This document shows, piece after piece, positions 32,641 to 43,134 of a DNA stretch of 64,000 nt. The position numbers and the translations under genes were made by a program. The stretch comes from an uncultured Bacteroidales bacterium. Lineage in GTDB: Bacteria; Bacteroidota; Bacteroidia; Bacteroidales; FEN-979. The stretch lies in NCBI GenBank assembly GCA_903824935.1, contig CAIJYT010000281.1, positions 1,755 through 65,754 on the forward strand, in the 5' to 3' direction. The first letter of the stretch is position 1. Each line of letters opens with the position of its first letter. The notes under the pieces were generated by a model that had not been told where the DNA came from, did no database searches, and saw only the letters and a list, made by a program, of their open reading frames with translations.

Positions 32641-34344
32641 ATGGAAGGCATACAGCAGGAAAAGCTTCTGGAAATAAAAGACCTGAAAGTAAGGTTTCGC
32701 CAGGGGAAAGATTCGACTCTTGCTGTTGACGGCATTTCCTTCGACATGGTTCCTGCCGAAACACTTGCCATTGTTGGCGAGTCAGGATCGGGTAAATCCG
32801 TAACCGCGCTTTCGGTCATGAAGCTTATCCCTGATCCGCCGGCGGAGGTTGAAGCCGGGCTGATGAGGTTCGTTGCCCCTGGTAAAAGGGCAATCGACAT
32901 CCTGACTGCAACTGAAAATGAAATGACGGGGATCAGGGGCAAGTACATGGCGATGGTATTCCAGGAACCCATGACTTCATTGAATCCTGTATTTACATGC
33001 GGCGACCAGGTTTGCGAAGGGATACGTTCCCATTTCGATATCAGCAAGACCAAAGCCGTTATGGCCACCCTTGAATTATTCAGGGAAGTGAGGCTTCCCC
33101 AGCCTGACAGGATATATAAAGCATATCCTCACCAGTTGTCGGGCGGACAGAAACAGAGGATCATGATAGCAATGGCCATTTCGTGCAATCCTTCCCTGCT
33201 TATTGCGGATGAGCCTACGACGGCGCTTGATGTAACTGTACAAAAGAAGATACTGCAGCTGCTTAAAAAAATACAGAAAAGCAGGAAGATGGGTATTTTA
33301 TTCATCACCCATGATCTGGGCCTGATCTCGGGTTTTGCCGACAGGGTGATCGTGATGTACAAAGGTAAAATTGAAGAGCAGGGCAGCGTCACGGATATTT
33401 TTAAAAATCCCCGGCAACCGTATACCAAGGGATTACTTGCTTGCAGGCCGCCGCTGAATGCAAGGCTGAAGAGGCTGCCGATGGTAGCCGATTTCATCGA
33501 AGGCAGGGGAATGAGCGGAACTGAAATACTCAGCCCTGTAGAACGGGATGAAAGACTTACCGGCATGTACAAGCTTGAACCGGTTCTCAAAGTAAGGGAG
33601 CTTGTGAAACAATTTGCGGGAACAAAGGCAGTGAACGACATCAATTTTGATGTTTTTCCGGGCGAAACCCTCGGTATTGTCGGTGAATCGGGCAGCGGAA
33701 AAACAACCCTGGCAAGAACGGTTCTTGAACTCATCCCTCCTGATTCGGGGAAGATCTTCTTCAAAAGCCATGACATTACGAGGATCTCAAGGGAAGAGAT
33801 GAAATCGCTCAGGAAACATCTCCAGATCATTTTCCAGGATCCATACTCCTCACTGAATCCCAGGCTCACCGCAGGTGCAGCAATCCTTGAGCCGATGAAA
33901 GTCCACCGCCTACATGGCAATGACAGGGAAAGGAAGGGCAAAGTTCTCGGGTTGCTGGAGAAAGTCGGTCTTAAAATTGAACATTACAACCGGTATCCAC
34001 ATGAATTCTCAGGAGGCCAGAGGCAGCGTATCTGCATTGCCAGGGCCCTGGCGGTGGAACCCCAGCTCCTCATTTGTGATGAATCCGTTTCAGCGCTTGA
34101 CGTATCCGTTCAGGCCCAGGTACTGAACCTGCTCAATGACCTGAAAAAGGATTTCGGGCTGACTTACATCTTCATTTCTCATGACCTTTCTGTCGTCAGG
34201 TACATGGCCGACAGGATTATAGTGATGAAAGACGGCAGAATCATGGAGACAGGAGATGCCGACAGGATATTCACACATCCCCAGACCGCATATACCGGTT
34301 CTTTGATAGAGGCTATCCCGCATCCTGATTTTCTTAAGATTTAA
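32641..34344 (+). CDS. ABC transporter ATP-binding protein with duplicated ATPase domains (peptide/opine type)
   Basis: Two Walker A motifs (GESGSGKS, GESGSGKT) and two signatures (LSGGQKQR, FSGGQRQR). No adjacent permease gene. Confidence 0.9.
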   Translation: MEGIQQEKLLEIKDLKVRFRQGKDSTLAVDGISFDMVPAETLAIVGESGSGKSVTALSVMKLIPDPPAEVEAGLMRFVAPGKRAIDILTATENEMTGIRGKYMAMVFQEPMTSLNPVFTCGDQVCEGIRSHFDISKTKAVMATLELFREVRLPQPDRIYKAYPHQLSGGQKQRIMIAMAISCNPSLLIADEPTTALDVTVQKKILQLLKKIQKSRKMGILFITHDLGLISGFADRVIVMYKGKIEEQGSVTDIFKNPRQPYTKGLLACRPPLNARLKRLPMVADFIEGRGMSGTEILSPVERDERLTGMYKLEPVLKVRELVKQFAGTKAVNDINFDVFPGETLGIVGESGSGKTTLARTVLELIPPDSGKIFFKSHDITRISREEMKSLRKHLQIIFQDPYSSLNPRLTAGAAILEPMKVHRLHGNDRERKGKVLGLLEKVGLKIEHYNRYPHEFSGGQRQRICIARALAVEPQLLICDESVSALDVSVQAQVLNLLNDLKKDFGLTYIFISHDLSVVRYMADRIIVMKDGRIMETGDADRIFTHPQTAYTGSLIEAIPHPDFLKI

Positions 34345-34354
34345 TAATGGCATT

Positions 34355-36511
34355 ATGGGAAAAAAATCATCCGTACAAAATACAAACGAGAGTGGCAATT
34401 TAGTCAGGCAGGTGCTGGAGGTATTTCAGCAAAATCCTTTCAGCAGCTTCAATTACAAGCAGGTCTCGGCGCGGCTTGGAATGAATGAACGTGCAGGCCG
34501 TGACATGGTGAGGCTGGTTGTTGAACGCCTTTTCATGGCGAAAGATCTTGTTCAGTCAAAAAGGGGGAAGTACCAGATCAACACCCAAAGCGAAAAGTTC
34601 CAGAAGGAAAACAGCAGGGAAGTCAGCGGAAGGGTCGATATGAAGCAAACCGGGAAAGCCTATATAATTACTGAAGATGGCTCCGGGGATGTATTCATTG
34701 CAGCTGAGAACACTCATCATGCCCTGCATGGCGATACTGTCAGGGTGAGCCTTTTCCCGATAAGGAAGGGGCATAAAAGGGAGGGGCAGATCGTAGAGAT
34801 CATTAAACGGCGTAAGCTGCAGTTTGTCGGCATCATAGAAGTGAGCAAGAATTTTGCATTCCTGATCCCTGATAATCCCTCTGTTCCTGTTGAGCTGCTG
34901 ATCCAAAAGCCTGATCTTAACGGAGCCCGGAATGGGGAAAAGGTTATTGCCGTGATCACCGAATGGCCTGATCATGCGAAGAATCCGTTCGGTAAAGTCA
35001 TACAGGTGCTGGGTAAACCGGGTGACAACCAGGTGGAAATGAAAGCCATCCTGGCAGAATATGATTTCCCCCTGTCATTTTCCAAAAAAGCTGAGGTAGA
35101 AGCTGAAAAGATCCCTGACGGAATACCCGCGGAAGAAATCGGCAAAAGAAGGGATTTCAGGAATATTTTCACTATCACCATCGACCCTGAAGATGCAAAG
35201 GATTTCGACGATGCGGTCTCCCTGAAAAAACTGCCAGGCAATCACTGGGAAGTGGGTGTGCATATTGCAGACGTGTCGTATTATGTCAGGAAGGGATCGG
35301 AGATCGACAAGGAAGCCTTTGAAAGGGGGACTTCGATATACATGGTGCACAAGACCATCCCCATGCTTCCCGAAAGGCTTTCGAACCAGCTTTGTTCACT
35401 TCAGCCGGATAAGGACAGGCTGTGTTTCTCGGCGGTATTTGAATTTGATGAGAATGGAAAGGTTGTAAAAGACTGGTTCGGCAAAACCATCATCCACAGT
35501 TGCAGAAGATTTTCCTATGAAGAAGTGCAGGCCGTCATTGAAGCAGGAAAGGGTGAATATGCAGAAGAAATAGGCGTTCTGAACGGGATTGCATTAAAAT
35601 TGAGGGAAGAAAGGTTTAAAAAGGGAGCGTTTAATTTCGAGACCCAGGAAGTAAGGTTCCGTCTGGATGAAAATGGCCGCCCGCTGAGTATCTACATCAG
35701 GGAGATGAAGGATGCAAATAAGCTGATCGAGGATTTCATGCTACTGGCTAATCGGAAAGTTGCCGAATGGGTGGGAAAGCAAAAACCGGATGTTCAGCCG
35801 AAAACCTTTGTTTACAGGGTTCACGACAAACCAAATCCTGAGAAGCTGGAAATTTTCACCCAGCTGGTCGAGAGACTGGGGTTTTCAATCAAGCTGTCCA
35901 CACAAAAATCAATGGCACATTCCTTTAACCAGCTTTTCCATGATATCAAGGGAACGGGAGCGGAGAACATGGTTGAAAGCGTTGCCATCAGGACTATGGC
36001 CAAAGCTTTTTATACCACCAAAAACATTGGGCATTATGGCCTGGCATTCGGGTATTACACGCATTTCACTTCACCTATACGGAGATACCCTGACCTGATC
36101 GTTCACCGTCTGTTCCAGGATTACCTCCTCGGTATGCCGTCGGTTCCGGCTGCGGAATATGAAATGCAGTGCGAGCATGCCTCGGATATGGAAAAACGGG
36201 CAGCCGACGCTGAGAGGGCCTCGGTGAAATACAAGCAGGCCGAGTACATGCTTGATAAAATCGGACAGGAGTTTGATGCACAGATATCTGGTGTAAGCAA
36301 GTGGGGGCTATTTGCAGAGATCATTGGCACAAAATGCGAAGGGATGATTAAACTGAGGGATCTCGATGACGATTATTATTACCTTGATGAGGAAAATTTC
36401 AGGGTGATAGGGCAGAGGCATGGAAATGTTTATAAACTTGGCGATAAAGTGAAGATCAGGGTGCAGAAGATAGACCTCTCTAAAAAGCAAATGGACTATA
36501 TGCTTCTCTAA
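34355..36511 (+). CDS. rnr: ribonuclease R
   Basis: 718 aa. RNB catalytic core (IDPEDAKDFDDAV, HYGLAFGYYTHFTSPIRRYPDL) and a C-terminal S1-like domain. Confidence 0.88.
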   Translation: MGKKSSVQNTNESGNLVRQVLEVFQQNPFSSFNYKQVSARLGMNERAGRDMVRLVVERLFMAKDLVQSKRGKYQINTQSEKFQKENSREVSGRVDMKQTGKAYIITEDGSGDVFIAAENTHHALHGDTVRVSLFPIRKGHKREGQIVEIIKRRKLQFVGIIEVSKNFAFLIPDNPSVPVELLIQKPDLNGARNGEKVIAVITEWPDHAKNPFGKVIQVLGKPGDNQVEMKAILAEYDFPLSFSKKAEVEAEKIPDGIPAEEIGKRRDFRNIFTITIDPEDAKDFDDAVSLKKLPGNHWEVGVHIADVSYYVRKGSEIDKEAFERGTSIYMVHKTIPMLPERLSNQLCSLQPDKDRLCFSAVFEFDENGKVVKDWFGKTIIHSCRRFSYEEVQAVIEAGKGEYAEEIGVLNGIALKLREERFKKGAFNFETQEVRFRLDENGRPLSIYIREMKDANKLIEDFMLLANRKVAEWVGKQKPDVQPKTFVYRVHDKPNPEKLEIFTQLVERLGFSIKLSTQKSMAHSFNQLFHDIKGTGAENMVESVAIRTMAKAFYTTKNIGHYGLAFGYYTHFTSPIRRYPDLIVHRLFQDYLLGMPSVPAAEYEMQCEHASDMEKRAADAERASVKYKQAEYMLDKIGQEFDAQISGVSKWGLFAEIIGTKCEGMIKLRDLDDDYYYLDEENFRVIGQRHGNVYKLGDKVKIRVQKIDLSKKQMDYMLL

Positions 36512-36512
36512 A

Positions 36513-38294
36513 ATGGACCTCGTTACTCCAAAAGATCTTGTTAATGCCAGCAATGCACTCCGGGTTTTCGGAGGAGAAAAGCTGGCCAGGGTCATTTTCA
36601 GGCTGCTCAGGCTTGATTTAATCAATAAGACATACAACAACAATTTTCACCTTCCGCCAGAGGAATTCCTTGATAAGGTGCTTGAGGAAATCAAGGTTAC
36701 CTATTCGGTTCCCGGGCAGGATATGGAAAGCATCCCTGCCGATGGAAGCTTTATCACTATCTCGAATCATGCATACGGAGGAATTGACGGGCTGATACTG
36801 ATTTCACTGATCAGAAAGCAACGGCCAGATTACAAGGTGCTGGTGAATTTTTTACTAACCAGGATCATTCCCCTGCAGAAATGGTTCGTAGGTGTGAACC
36901 CCTTTGAAGCGAATAAGGATGTGAAATCAAGTTTCGGAGGGTTGAAAGATGCCATCGTCCATCTTGGGAACAGTCACCCCATGGGATTTTTCCCTGCAGG
37001 AGAGGTCAGCAGTTATAAGCTCCGCATGAATTCCATAACCGACAGGGAGTGGCAGCATTCCATGCTTAAGTTTATAAAGAAAGCCAGGATCCCTATAGTT
37101 CCTGTTTATTTTGCAGGCCATAATAGTATACTGTTCAATTTTCTAGGTTTTGTTCATCCGGTTTTGCGCACCATCAAGCTTCCTTCGGAATTATACAATA
37201 AAAAAAGAAAGGGAATACAGGTCAGGATTGGGTCTCCTGTTCAGGTCAGGGAGCAGGATGAGTTTCATGACATTGAGGAATTCGGCAGGTTCCTTCGTAT
37301 GAAAACCTATATTTTGGGGCTTGACGGGAAGCCCGGGAAAGTCCGGGATAAGATCCTAACTCATTCACAGGAACCTGTTGTTGAGCCGGTGCCAGAATCA
37401 CTGGTGGCGGAGGAGATAAGGCAGATCAAGAACGAATTCCTGCTTTTCAGGGTCAAGGACAGCTTTGTTTTTTGCGCACCCTCGGCAAGGATACCGAACA
37501 TAATGAAAGAAATTGGCCGGAGAAGGGAAATTACATACAGGGAAGTTGGAGAAGGGACAAATAAAAGCTTTGATATTGACAGGTATGATCCTTGTTTTGA
37601 ACAGCTTTTCATCTGGGATGATAGCGAAAAGCAGCTGGTTGGAGGGTATAGGGTTGGAAAGGGCCAGGAGATTCTTGCAAAATCAGGGATGAAGGGGTTT
37701 TACATCACCAGCCTTTTTAAAATAAACAGGAAATTCATGCCCATTCTCAATGTTTCAATTGAACTGGGCCGTTCATTCATCATCAAAGAGTACCAGAAGA
37801 AGCCACTGTCGCTGTTCCTGCTCTGGAAGGGAATCCTTTACCTGCTTTTGAAAAATCCCAACTACAGGTACCTGCTCGGTCCGGTAAGTATCAGTAACGA
37901 ATTCAAACCCATCTCAAAAAGCCTTTGCGTGGAATTTCTGAAGGCCAATCATTTTAATTCGGAACTGGCCGGATATATAAAGGCAAGGAATCCATACAGG
38001 GCAAAATCTCCGAAGATCATCGAAAAAGAACTGTTCCTTAAGCATACAGGCAACGATACAGGAAAAATGGATGATTTCATCAGGGACTTCGACCCCCTTT
38101 ACAAAACCCCGATACTCCTGAAAAAATACCTGAGCGTGAATGCGGAAATCCTGGGTTTTAACGTCGACCCCTTGTTCAATAACTGCCTGGATGCACTGAC
38201 GATCCTTGACCTGTTTGAGGTCCCGTTTGCAACGATTGAGGGATTGGCGAAGGAATTCCAGGACCAGTCCCTGCTCGAAAGATTCAGAAAATAG
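36513..38294 (+). CDS. fused lysophospholipid-type acyltransferase / GNAT-like N-acyltransferase (OlsF-like aminolipid synthase candidate)
   Basis: 593 aa. N-terminal PlsC-like motif ITISNHAYGGIDG...FPAGEVS. The C-terminal ~300 aa resemble hemolysin/OlsB-type N-acyltransferase (FIWDDSEKQLVGGYRV...). Confidence 0.65.
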   Translation: MDLVTPKDLVNASNALRVFGGEKLARVIFRLLRLDLINKTYNNNFHLPPEEFLDKVLEEIKVTYSVPGQDMESIPADGSFITISNHAYGGIDGLILISLIRKQRPDYKVLVNFLLTRIIPLQKWFVGVNPFEANKDVKSSFGGLKDAIVHLGNSHPMGFFPAGEVSSYKLRMNSITDREWQHSMLKFIKKARIPIVPVYFAGHNSILFNFLGFVHPVLRTIKLPSELYNKKRKGIQVRIGSPVQVREQDEFHDIEEFGRFLRMKTYILGLDGKPGKVRDKILTHSQEPVVEPVPESLVAEEIRQIKNEFLLFRVKDSFVFCAPSARIPNIMKEIGRRREITYREVGEGTNKSFDIDRYDPCFEQLFIWDDSEKQLVGGYRVGKGQEILAKSGMKGFYITSLFKINRKFMPILNVSIELGRSFIIKEYQKKPLSLFLLWKGILYLLLKNPNYRYLLGPVSISNEFKPISKSLCVEFLKANHFNSELAGYIKARNPYRAKSPKIIEKELFLKHTGNDTGKMDDFIRDFDPLYKTPILLKKYLSVNAEILGFNVDPLFNNCLDALTILDLFEVPFATIEGLAKEFQDQSLLERFRK

Positions 38295-38295
38295 C

Positions 38296-39027
38296 TCAGG
38301 CCAGTTTATTTTTCTCGATCAGGTCAAAGAAATTCTTGCGGTAAGTTTCACTCACAGGGATGTATTTATCGAGGATCTTGATGCGGTTCCTTTCGATGGA
38401 TTCGATTTTATCCAGGGCGACGAAAAATGATTTATGAACCCTGCAGAACAGCGGCTCATGTAAAACCTCCTCAAGCTTTTTCGAATTCATGAGAGTCATG
38501 ATCCGCCTTGTTTTGGTCACAATTCTCCAGTAATCCCCCATGCCTTCCACATAAAGCACATCGGGGCATTCTATCCTTTCCATCCTGGTCTCGGTCTTCA
38601 CGAAGAAATACGTGGAGACGTTGTTTTTCGGGTCAGGGGCAGTAGTTTTCTCCCGAATACTGCTTTCCATCTGCATGCGTTCGTAAACTTTATTGACTCC
38701 TTTGAGGAACCTCGCAAAAGATATTGGTTTCAGCATATAATCGATAACGTCCAGGTCGAAACCCTGGATGGCATAATTTTCATAGGCCGTTGTGAAGATC
38801 ACGAAAGGAGGGTGCTGAAGTGAATTAAGCAGTTGTATGCCTGAAAGTTCTTCCATCTGTATGTCCAGAAAGATCAGTTCGACCTTTCCTGTGCGTATGA
38901 ATTCAATTGAATCCACGGCATTGTCGAAAGTTTTCAGGAGGTTCAGAAACGAAACTTTCGAGCAATAATCCCTGATGATATCAAGAGCCAGGGGCTCGTC
39001 ATCTATTGCAATACAATCTATCTGCAT
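38296..39027 (-). CDS. LytTR-family response regulator
   Basis: Receiver domain (IAIDDEP...LIFLDIQM) plus a C-terminal LytTR DNA-binding domain. The start overlaps the kinase stop by 1 nt. Confidence 0.85.
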   Translation of the reverse strand: MQIDCIAIDDEPLALDIIRDYCSKVSFLNLLKTFDNAVDSIEFIRTGKVELIFLDIQMEELSGIQLLNSLQHPPFVIFTTAYENYAIQGFDLDVIDYMLKPISFARFLKGVNKVYERMQMESSIREKTTAPDPKNNVSTYFFVKTETRMERIECPDVLYVEGMGDYWRIVTKTRRIMTLMNSKKLEEVLHEPLFCRVHKSFFVALDKIESIERNRIKILDKYIPVSETYRKNFFDLIEKNKLA

Positions 39028-40043
39028 CAGTTCCTTATCATTAATTCGACAATAAACACATCTTCAGCCGTGTTTATATTAAGGCTGTATCTCTGAGGAT
39101 AAAGAAGTTCAAGCCTGCGGCGTATATTGATAAGCCCTATTCCCCCTTGCTTATCATTCGGTGCATGCTGGTTTTTGCGGATGTAATTTTTAACACCGAA
39201 AACAATTTCCCCTGGTTCAACGTCTATGGTCACCATGATCCCCGGGGCAGGAACGGTGCGGCTGGCGTGTTTGAATGCATTTTCAACAAACGGGATCAGG
39301 ATCATGGGGGCAATGGTCTTTCCTTCTGAAGCCCCGTTGAGAGTAAGGGAAACGAAATCCTTATTTCTCAGTCTCAGCTTCTCAAGTTCTATGAAGCTTT
39401 TCAGGTATTCTATTTCTTTATCAAGGAGAACTTTGTCGGTAGTGGCATCATACAGCATATACCTCATGATGGAAGATAGTTTCATCACTGCTTCAGGCGC
39501 ATCATCAGATTTCTGGTAGACGAGAGAGTATATATTATTAAGGGTATTGAAAAAGAAATGGGGATTTACCTGTGAACGCAGCAGGGCAAGTTCACTGATC
39601 TGTTTCTGATTGGTGAAGTCGGCCTGGAGTTTCTGGTTCTCATACCAGTTGATAGCAAGGCGGATCAGGAGACTGTAAATAAAGAAAATGAGGATAAGGC
39701 GGATGTCGTTAAACACCCATTCCCTGTCGAGGTTCATTTTTGACATATCATAATGAACCAGGTACTTCCAGAAAGGGTATTCCATGCCTATCCTTACTGC
39801 CAGGATACCCCCTGCAAGAGCCAACCCGGTGAGGATGCTCAGGAGTTTGTTTTTAAGACTGAAAAGGAAGCTGAAGGAAAAAAAGAAAACATAGAAAGAA
39901 ACCATCCCTGTCAGCATATGAATTATAAGGTCAGGAACGAGAAAAGGCATTTCTTTACTACTGGTAAAATATGGGAAAATCGCCTGGTTGAAAATATACA
40001 ACCAGAAGACTGTGTGGATAATTATTTTGTACTTAAGTTTCAT
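39027..40043 (-). CDS. LytS/YehU-type sensor histidine kinase
   Basis: Multi-TM N-terminus. His_kinase motif QVNPHFFFNTLNNI and an HATPase C-terminus. Confidence 0.85.
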   Translation of the reverse strand: MKLKYKIIIHTVFWLYIFNQAIFPYFTSSKEMPFLVPDLIIHMLTGMVSFYVFFFSFSFLFSLKNKLLSILTGLALAGGILAVRIGMEYPFWKYLVHYDMSKMNLDREWVFNDIRLILIFFIYSLLIRLAINWYENQKLQADFTNQKQISELALLRSQVNPHFFFNTLNNIYSLVYQKSDDAPEAVMKLSSIMRYMLYDATTDKVLLDKEIEYLKSFIELEKLRLRNKDFVSLTLNGASEGKTIAPMILIPFVENAFKHASRTVPAPGIMVTIDVEPGEIVFGVKNYIRKNQHAPNDKQGGIGLINIRRRLELLYPQRYSLNINTAEDVFIVELMIRN

Positions 40044-40181
40044 CAGATTTCATTGAAAATCAAGGCTAATATATGAAAAGAATCAATGGACTGGTAAGAT
40101 AATCAGGCCTAATCTGCAATGAGGTTGATTCTGTCGATAAACCCGCTTAAAACGTCGCTGAAAAATCCGGGTGAAAACAAT

Positions 40182-40219
40182 AAAAATCCCCGGTAAGGAA
40201 GAGAACCTGTACCGGGGAT
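40182..40219 (-). terminator. rho-independent terminator after the S46 peptidase gene
   Basis: The minus strand reads ATCCCCGGTA-(14-nt loop)-TACCGGGGAT followed by TTTTTATTGTTTT. It starts 24 nt after the stop at 40244. Confidence 0.7.
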
Positions 40220-40243
40220 CATAAAAAAGGATTGTATTCAGAA

Positions 40244-42436
40244 TTACTTGATCAGGGTCAGCTCATTGACAAGGTTAGTTGCTCCTGCAAACTTATCGAT
40301 GATGAACAGAACGTAACGGATATCAACATTGATCGTTCTCTGAAGATCTGGTTCAAATGCGATATCACCGCTCATGGCCTCCCAGTTCCCGTCAAACGCA
40401 AGACCGATCAGCTGACCGTCGCCGTTGATCACAGGACTTCCTGAGTTGCCGCCTGTAATATCATTGGTTGTAAGGAAGCAAACGATCATATTGCCGTTCT
40501 CACCGTATCGTCCGTAATCCTTCTGCTGGTATAGATCCTTCAGTTTCTTTTCAACGATAAATTCTTCGTTATCGGGATCTTCCTTCTGCATAACACCTTT
40601 GAGGGTGGTTATATAATCATAGTGAACAGCGTCGGCAGGATAGTAATCAAGCACCTTGCCATAGCTCATACGCATGGTTGAATTGGCATCGGGATAATAT
40701 TTCTTGTCGGGATCCATTTCGCGGAGGCCTGCGACAAACATGCGGTTCCCGGCTGAAACGGTATTCCTGAGGTTGGTCATTGCGTTCGAATATTTCGCGG
40801 CAGTTTCATTCACGCTTTTTGAGAGTAACCAGGCAGGGTCTTTCTCAAGAGTTTTCCTGTTTGGTTTTGCAAGGAATTTATTGAGTTTTTCGGCTGATGC
40901 GAATATAGAGGTTGCATAGACATTATCAGCATATGCAGTATAATCTGTTCCGAATTCCCTGGTGATTTCTGCGAAGATTGCCGGCTGTTCGGCCTCTGGT
41001 ACATTTTTGAAATACAGTTTAAGGATCTCAGCCAGTTTCTTTTTCTCGATAGCCTGGTCTTTGTCCTTGAACAGGCCGGGAAGGGTTGACTTATATGCTT
41101 CAACAGCCCTGGCAAGTGCGTCCTTATCCTTTTTCTCATAGGCTTCATCAATGGCCGAGGCCCTGCCTGCTACCTGAACGATGTCAAGTCCGGCTGCGCC
41201 CATATTCGAATAATACATTGGAACGGCAACTTTGATCAGTGCAGCATAACCCTGCTTCAGGTCGTCGAGCACATGGCCGTACTTCTTCTGCCTTGCAGGA
41301 TCCTTGCTGTACCATGCAATAAAAGCATTCTCAAGTTCCTTTTTCTTTTCCTCGACATGGTTGCGTTTCAGCATCTTTGACTGGCCGATATAATTTTTCC
41401 AGGTATTTGCGATACCTGCATAATTAGCGGCATAAGCAATCTTTACGGCCTTGTCAACTTCCATTCTTTCTTTCATTATCTCCAGGTTTTTCCCGTAGAT
41501 ATCGATGATGGTAGGATACTGAACGGCAAGGTTGAATTCTATGCCGTAGGAAGTGAGGTAGCGGGAGGTCCTGGCCGGGTAACCCCAGATCATTGCAAAA
41601 TCATCCTTCTTGATCCCTTTCAGGCTGATAGGCAGATGGTAAGCAGGTTTCAGGGGAACATTGCCCTTTGAATATTTTGCAGGCTTCCCGGTAGAATCGG
41701 CATAAATACGGAAGATAGTGAAATCACCGGTATGCCTGGGCCACATCCAGTTGTCGGTATCGCCGCCGAACTTTCCTATGGAGGAAGGGGGTGCTCCCAC
41801 AAGTCTTACATCCCTGTATGTTTTATACACGAAAAGGTAAAATTCATTTCCGGAATAGAACGATTGCACCACTGCATCATATTTTCCGTCTTCTTCGGCT
41901 TTCTTTTTGATCTTGTTGCCGATACTACGGATTTTCATCAGCCGGTCAGCTTCTTTAAGGGTGTCGGAAAGCAATGGAACGACGGAATCTGTAACATTTT
42001 CCACACGGATAAGAAAAGATGCACACATCCTTTCATTGGGAAGTTCATCATTCTTGTTCATGGCCCAGAATCCGTTCGTGAGATAATCATGTTCGGTGGT
42101 GCTGTGGCTTTGAACGGCGTTAAAACCGCAATGGTGGTTGGTGAAGATCAGGCCCTGGTCGGAAACTACTTCGGCTGTGCAGAAGAAGCCCTGTCCGCCC
42201 CCGTTGGCTGAAAGGCCGACGATTGCATCTTTAAGGCTGGAATGGTTGATATTGTAAAGTTCCTCTGCTGTGAGGTGCAGCCCCATCTTCTGCATATCTA
42301 CATAATTGAGGCGGTCAAGTAAAAGCGGCAGCCACATTCCTTCATCGGGTGGGTTGTCGGCGATGGCATGAGTTGTGACAGTGATCATCAGCAAGGCAAT
42401 TGCTGCCCACATCATTTTTTTTAAATGGTATATCAT
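40244..42436 (-). CDS. S46-family dipeptidyl-peptidase (DPP7/DPP11-like)
   Basis: 730 aa with a signal peptide. Catalytic His region FTNHHCG and Ser region GGNSGSPV separated by a long helical insert, as in peptidase S46. Confidence 0.85.
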   Translation of the reverse strand: MIYHLKKMMWAAIALLMITVTTHAIADNPPDEGMWLPLLLDRLNYVDMQKMGLHLTAEELYNINHSSLKDAIVGLSANGGGQGFFCTAEVVSDQGLIFTNHHCGFNAVQSHSTTEHDYLTNGFWAMNKNDELPNERMCASFLIRVENVTDSVVPLLSDTLKEADRLMKIRSIGNKIKKKAEEDGKYDAVVQSFYSGNEFYLFVYKTYRDVRLVGAPPSSIGKFGGDTDNWMWPRHTGDFTIFRIYADSTGKPAKYSKGNVPLKPAYHLPISLKGIKKDDFAMIWGYPARTSRYLTSYGIEFNLAVQYPTIIDIYGKNLEIMKERMEVDKAVKIAYAANYAGIANTWKNYIGQSKMLKRNHVEEKKKELENAFIAWYSKDPARQKKYGHVLDDLKQGYAALIKVAVPMYYSNMGAAGLDIVQVAGRASAIDEAYEKKDKDALARAVEAYKSTLPGLFKDKDQAIEKKKLAEILKLYFKNVPEAEQPAIFAEITREFGTDYTAYADNVYATSIFASAEKLNKFLAKPNRKTLEKDPAWLLSKSVNETAAKYSNAMTNLRNTVSAGNRMFVAGLREMDPDKKYYPDANSTMRMSYGKVLDYYPADAVHYDYITTLKGVMQKEDPDNEEFIVEKKLKDLYQQKDYGRYGENGNMIVCFLTTNDITGGNSGSPVINGDGQLIGLAFDGNWEAMSGDIAFEPDLQRTINVDIRYVLFIIDKFAGATNLVNELTLIK

Positions 42437-42452
42437 AAAACAGTGTTAAGGG

Positions 42453-43133
42453 TTAGGGATGATTTAATGGCATATGAATTGAAATTCCACGATAATACTC
42501 CAGCAAAGAACCGGCTATAATGAAGGCGCCTATGATCATGAACAGCAATCCGACGATACGGTTAAGCCATACTTTCACCTGCGGGTTACCAAGGATCTTA
42601 ATCCGGTTGGCCAGAACGCACTTTAGTATATCGGTTGTCAGCACCATGAATAAGGTCCCGCTGAAAAAAAGCCCTACAGCCCGCTGGTCTCCACCATAGG
42701 TTGCATTGATTGCAAGCATGGACGTGATCCAGAACATCCAGAGAAACGGGTTGGCAATGTTGAGCACAAACCCTTTGAAAAAATAGGGGATAAGTCCCGG
42801 TTTCTTCACTTTAATTTCATTGATCGCCTCAACCTGTTCGGTCATCGGGATCTTCTTTAAGAAAGTGTAAACGCCGAAGATGCTCATAATTGCGCCACCT
42901 ATGATGCCGAGTATCAGATGGTAAAACTTGTCGTTTACGATCTGGGAAGCTCCGAAATAAAAACCGATCACCAGGGCCAGGTCACTGAAAAAGATTCCCA
43001 ATGCCAGGAAAATCCCTGTCTTTACACCATGTTTTACACTGGTCTGGAGAAGGGCAAAAAGGGCAGGCCCCAGGGTAATTGCAATGGTTATTCCCAGGAT
43101 CATACCCTCGAACAGAGGATGAAGTATTGTCAT
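42453..43133 (-). CDS. LysE/RhtB-family amino-acid exporter
   Basis: About 6 TM helices. N-terminal pattern GITIAITLGPALFALLQTS. ATG 43133 lies 1 nt after the upstream GH3 stop (the ORF-track start 43148 would overlap it). Confidence 0.75.
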   Translation of the reverse strand: MTILHPLFEGMILGITIAITLGPALFALLQTSVKHGVKTGIFLALGIFFSDLALVIGFYFGASQIVNDKFYHLILGIIGGAIMSIFGVYTFLKKIPMTEQVEAINEIKVKKPGLIPYFFKGFVLNIANPFLWMFWITSMLAINATYGGDQRAVGLFFSGTLFMVLTTDILKCVLANRIKILGNPQVKVWLNRIVGLLFMIIGAFIIAGSLLEYYRGISIHMPLNHP

Positions 43134-43134
43134 G

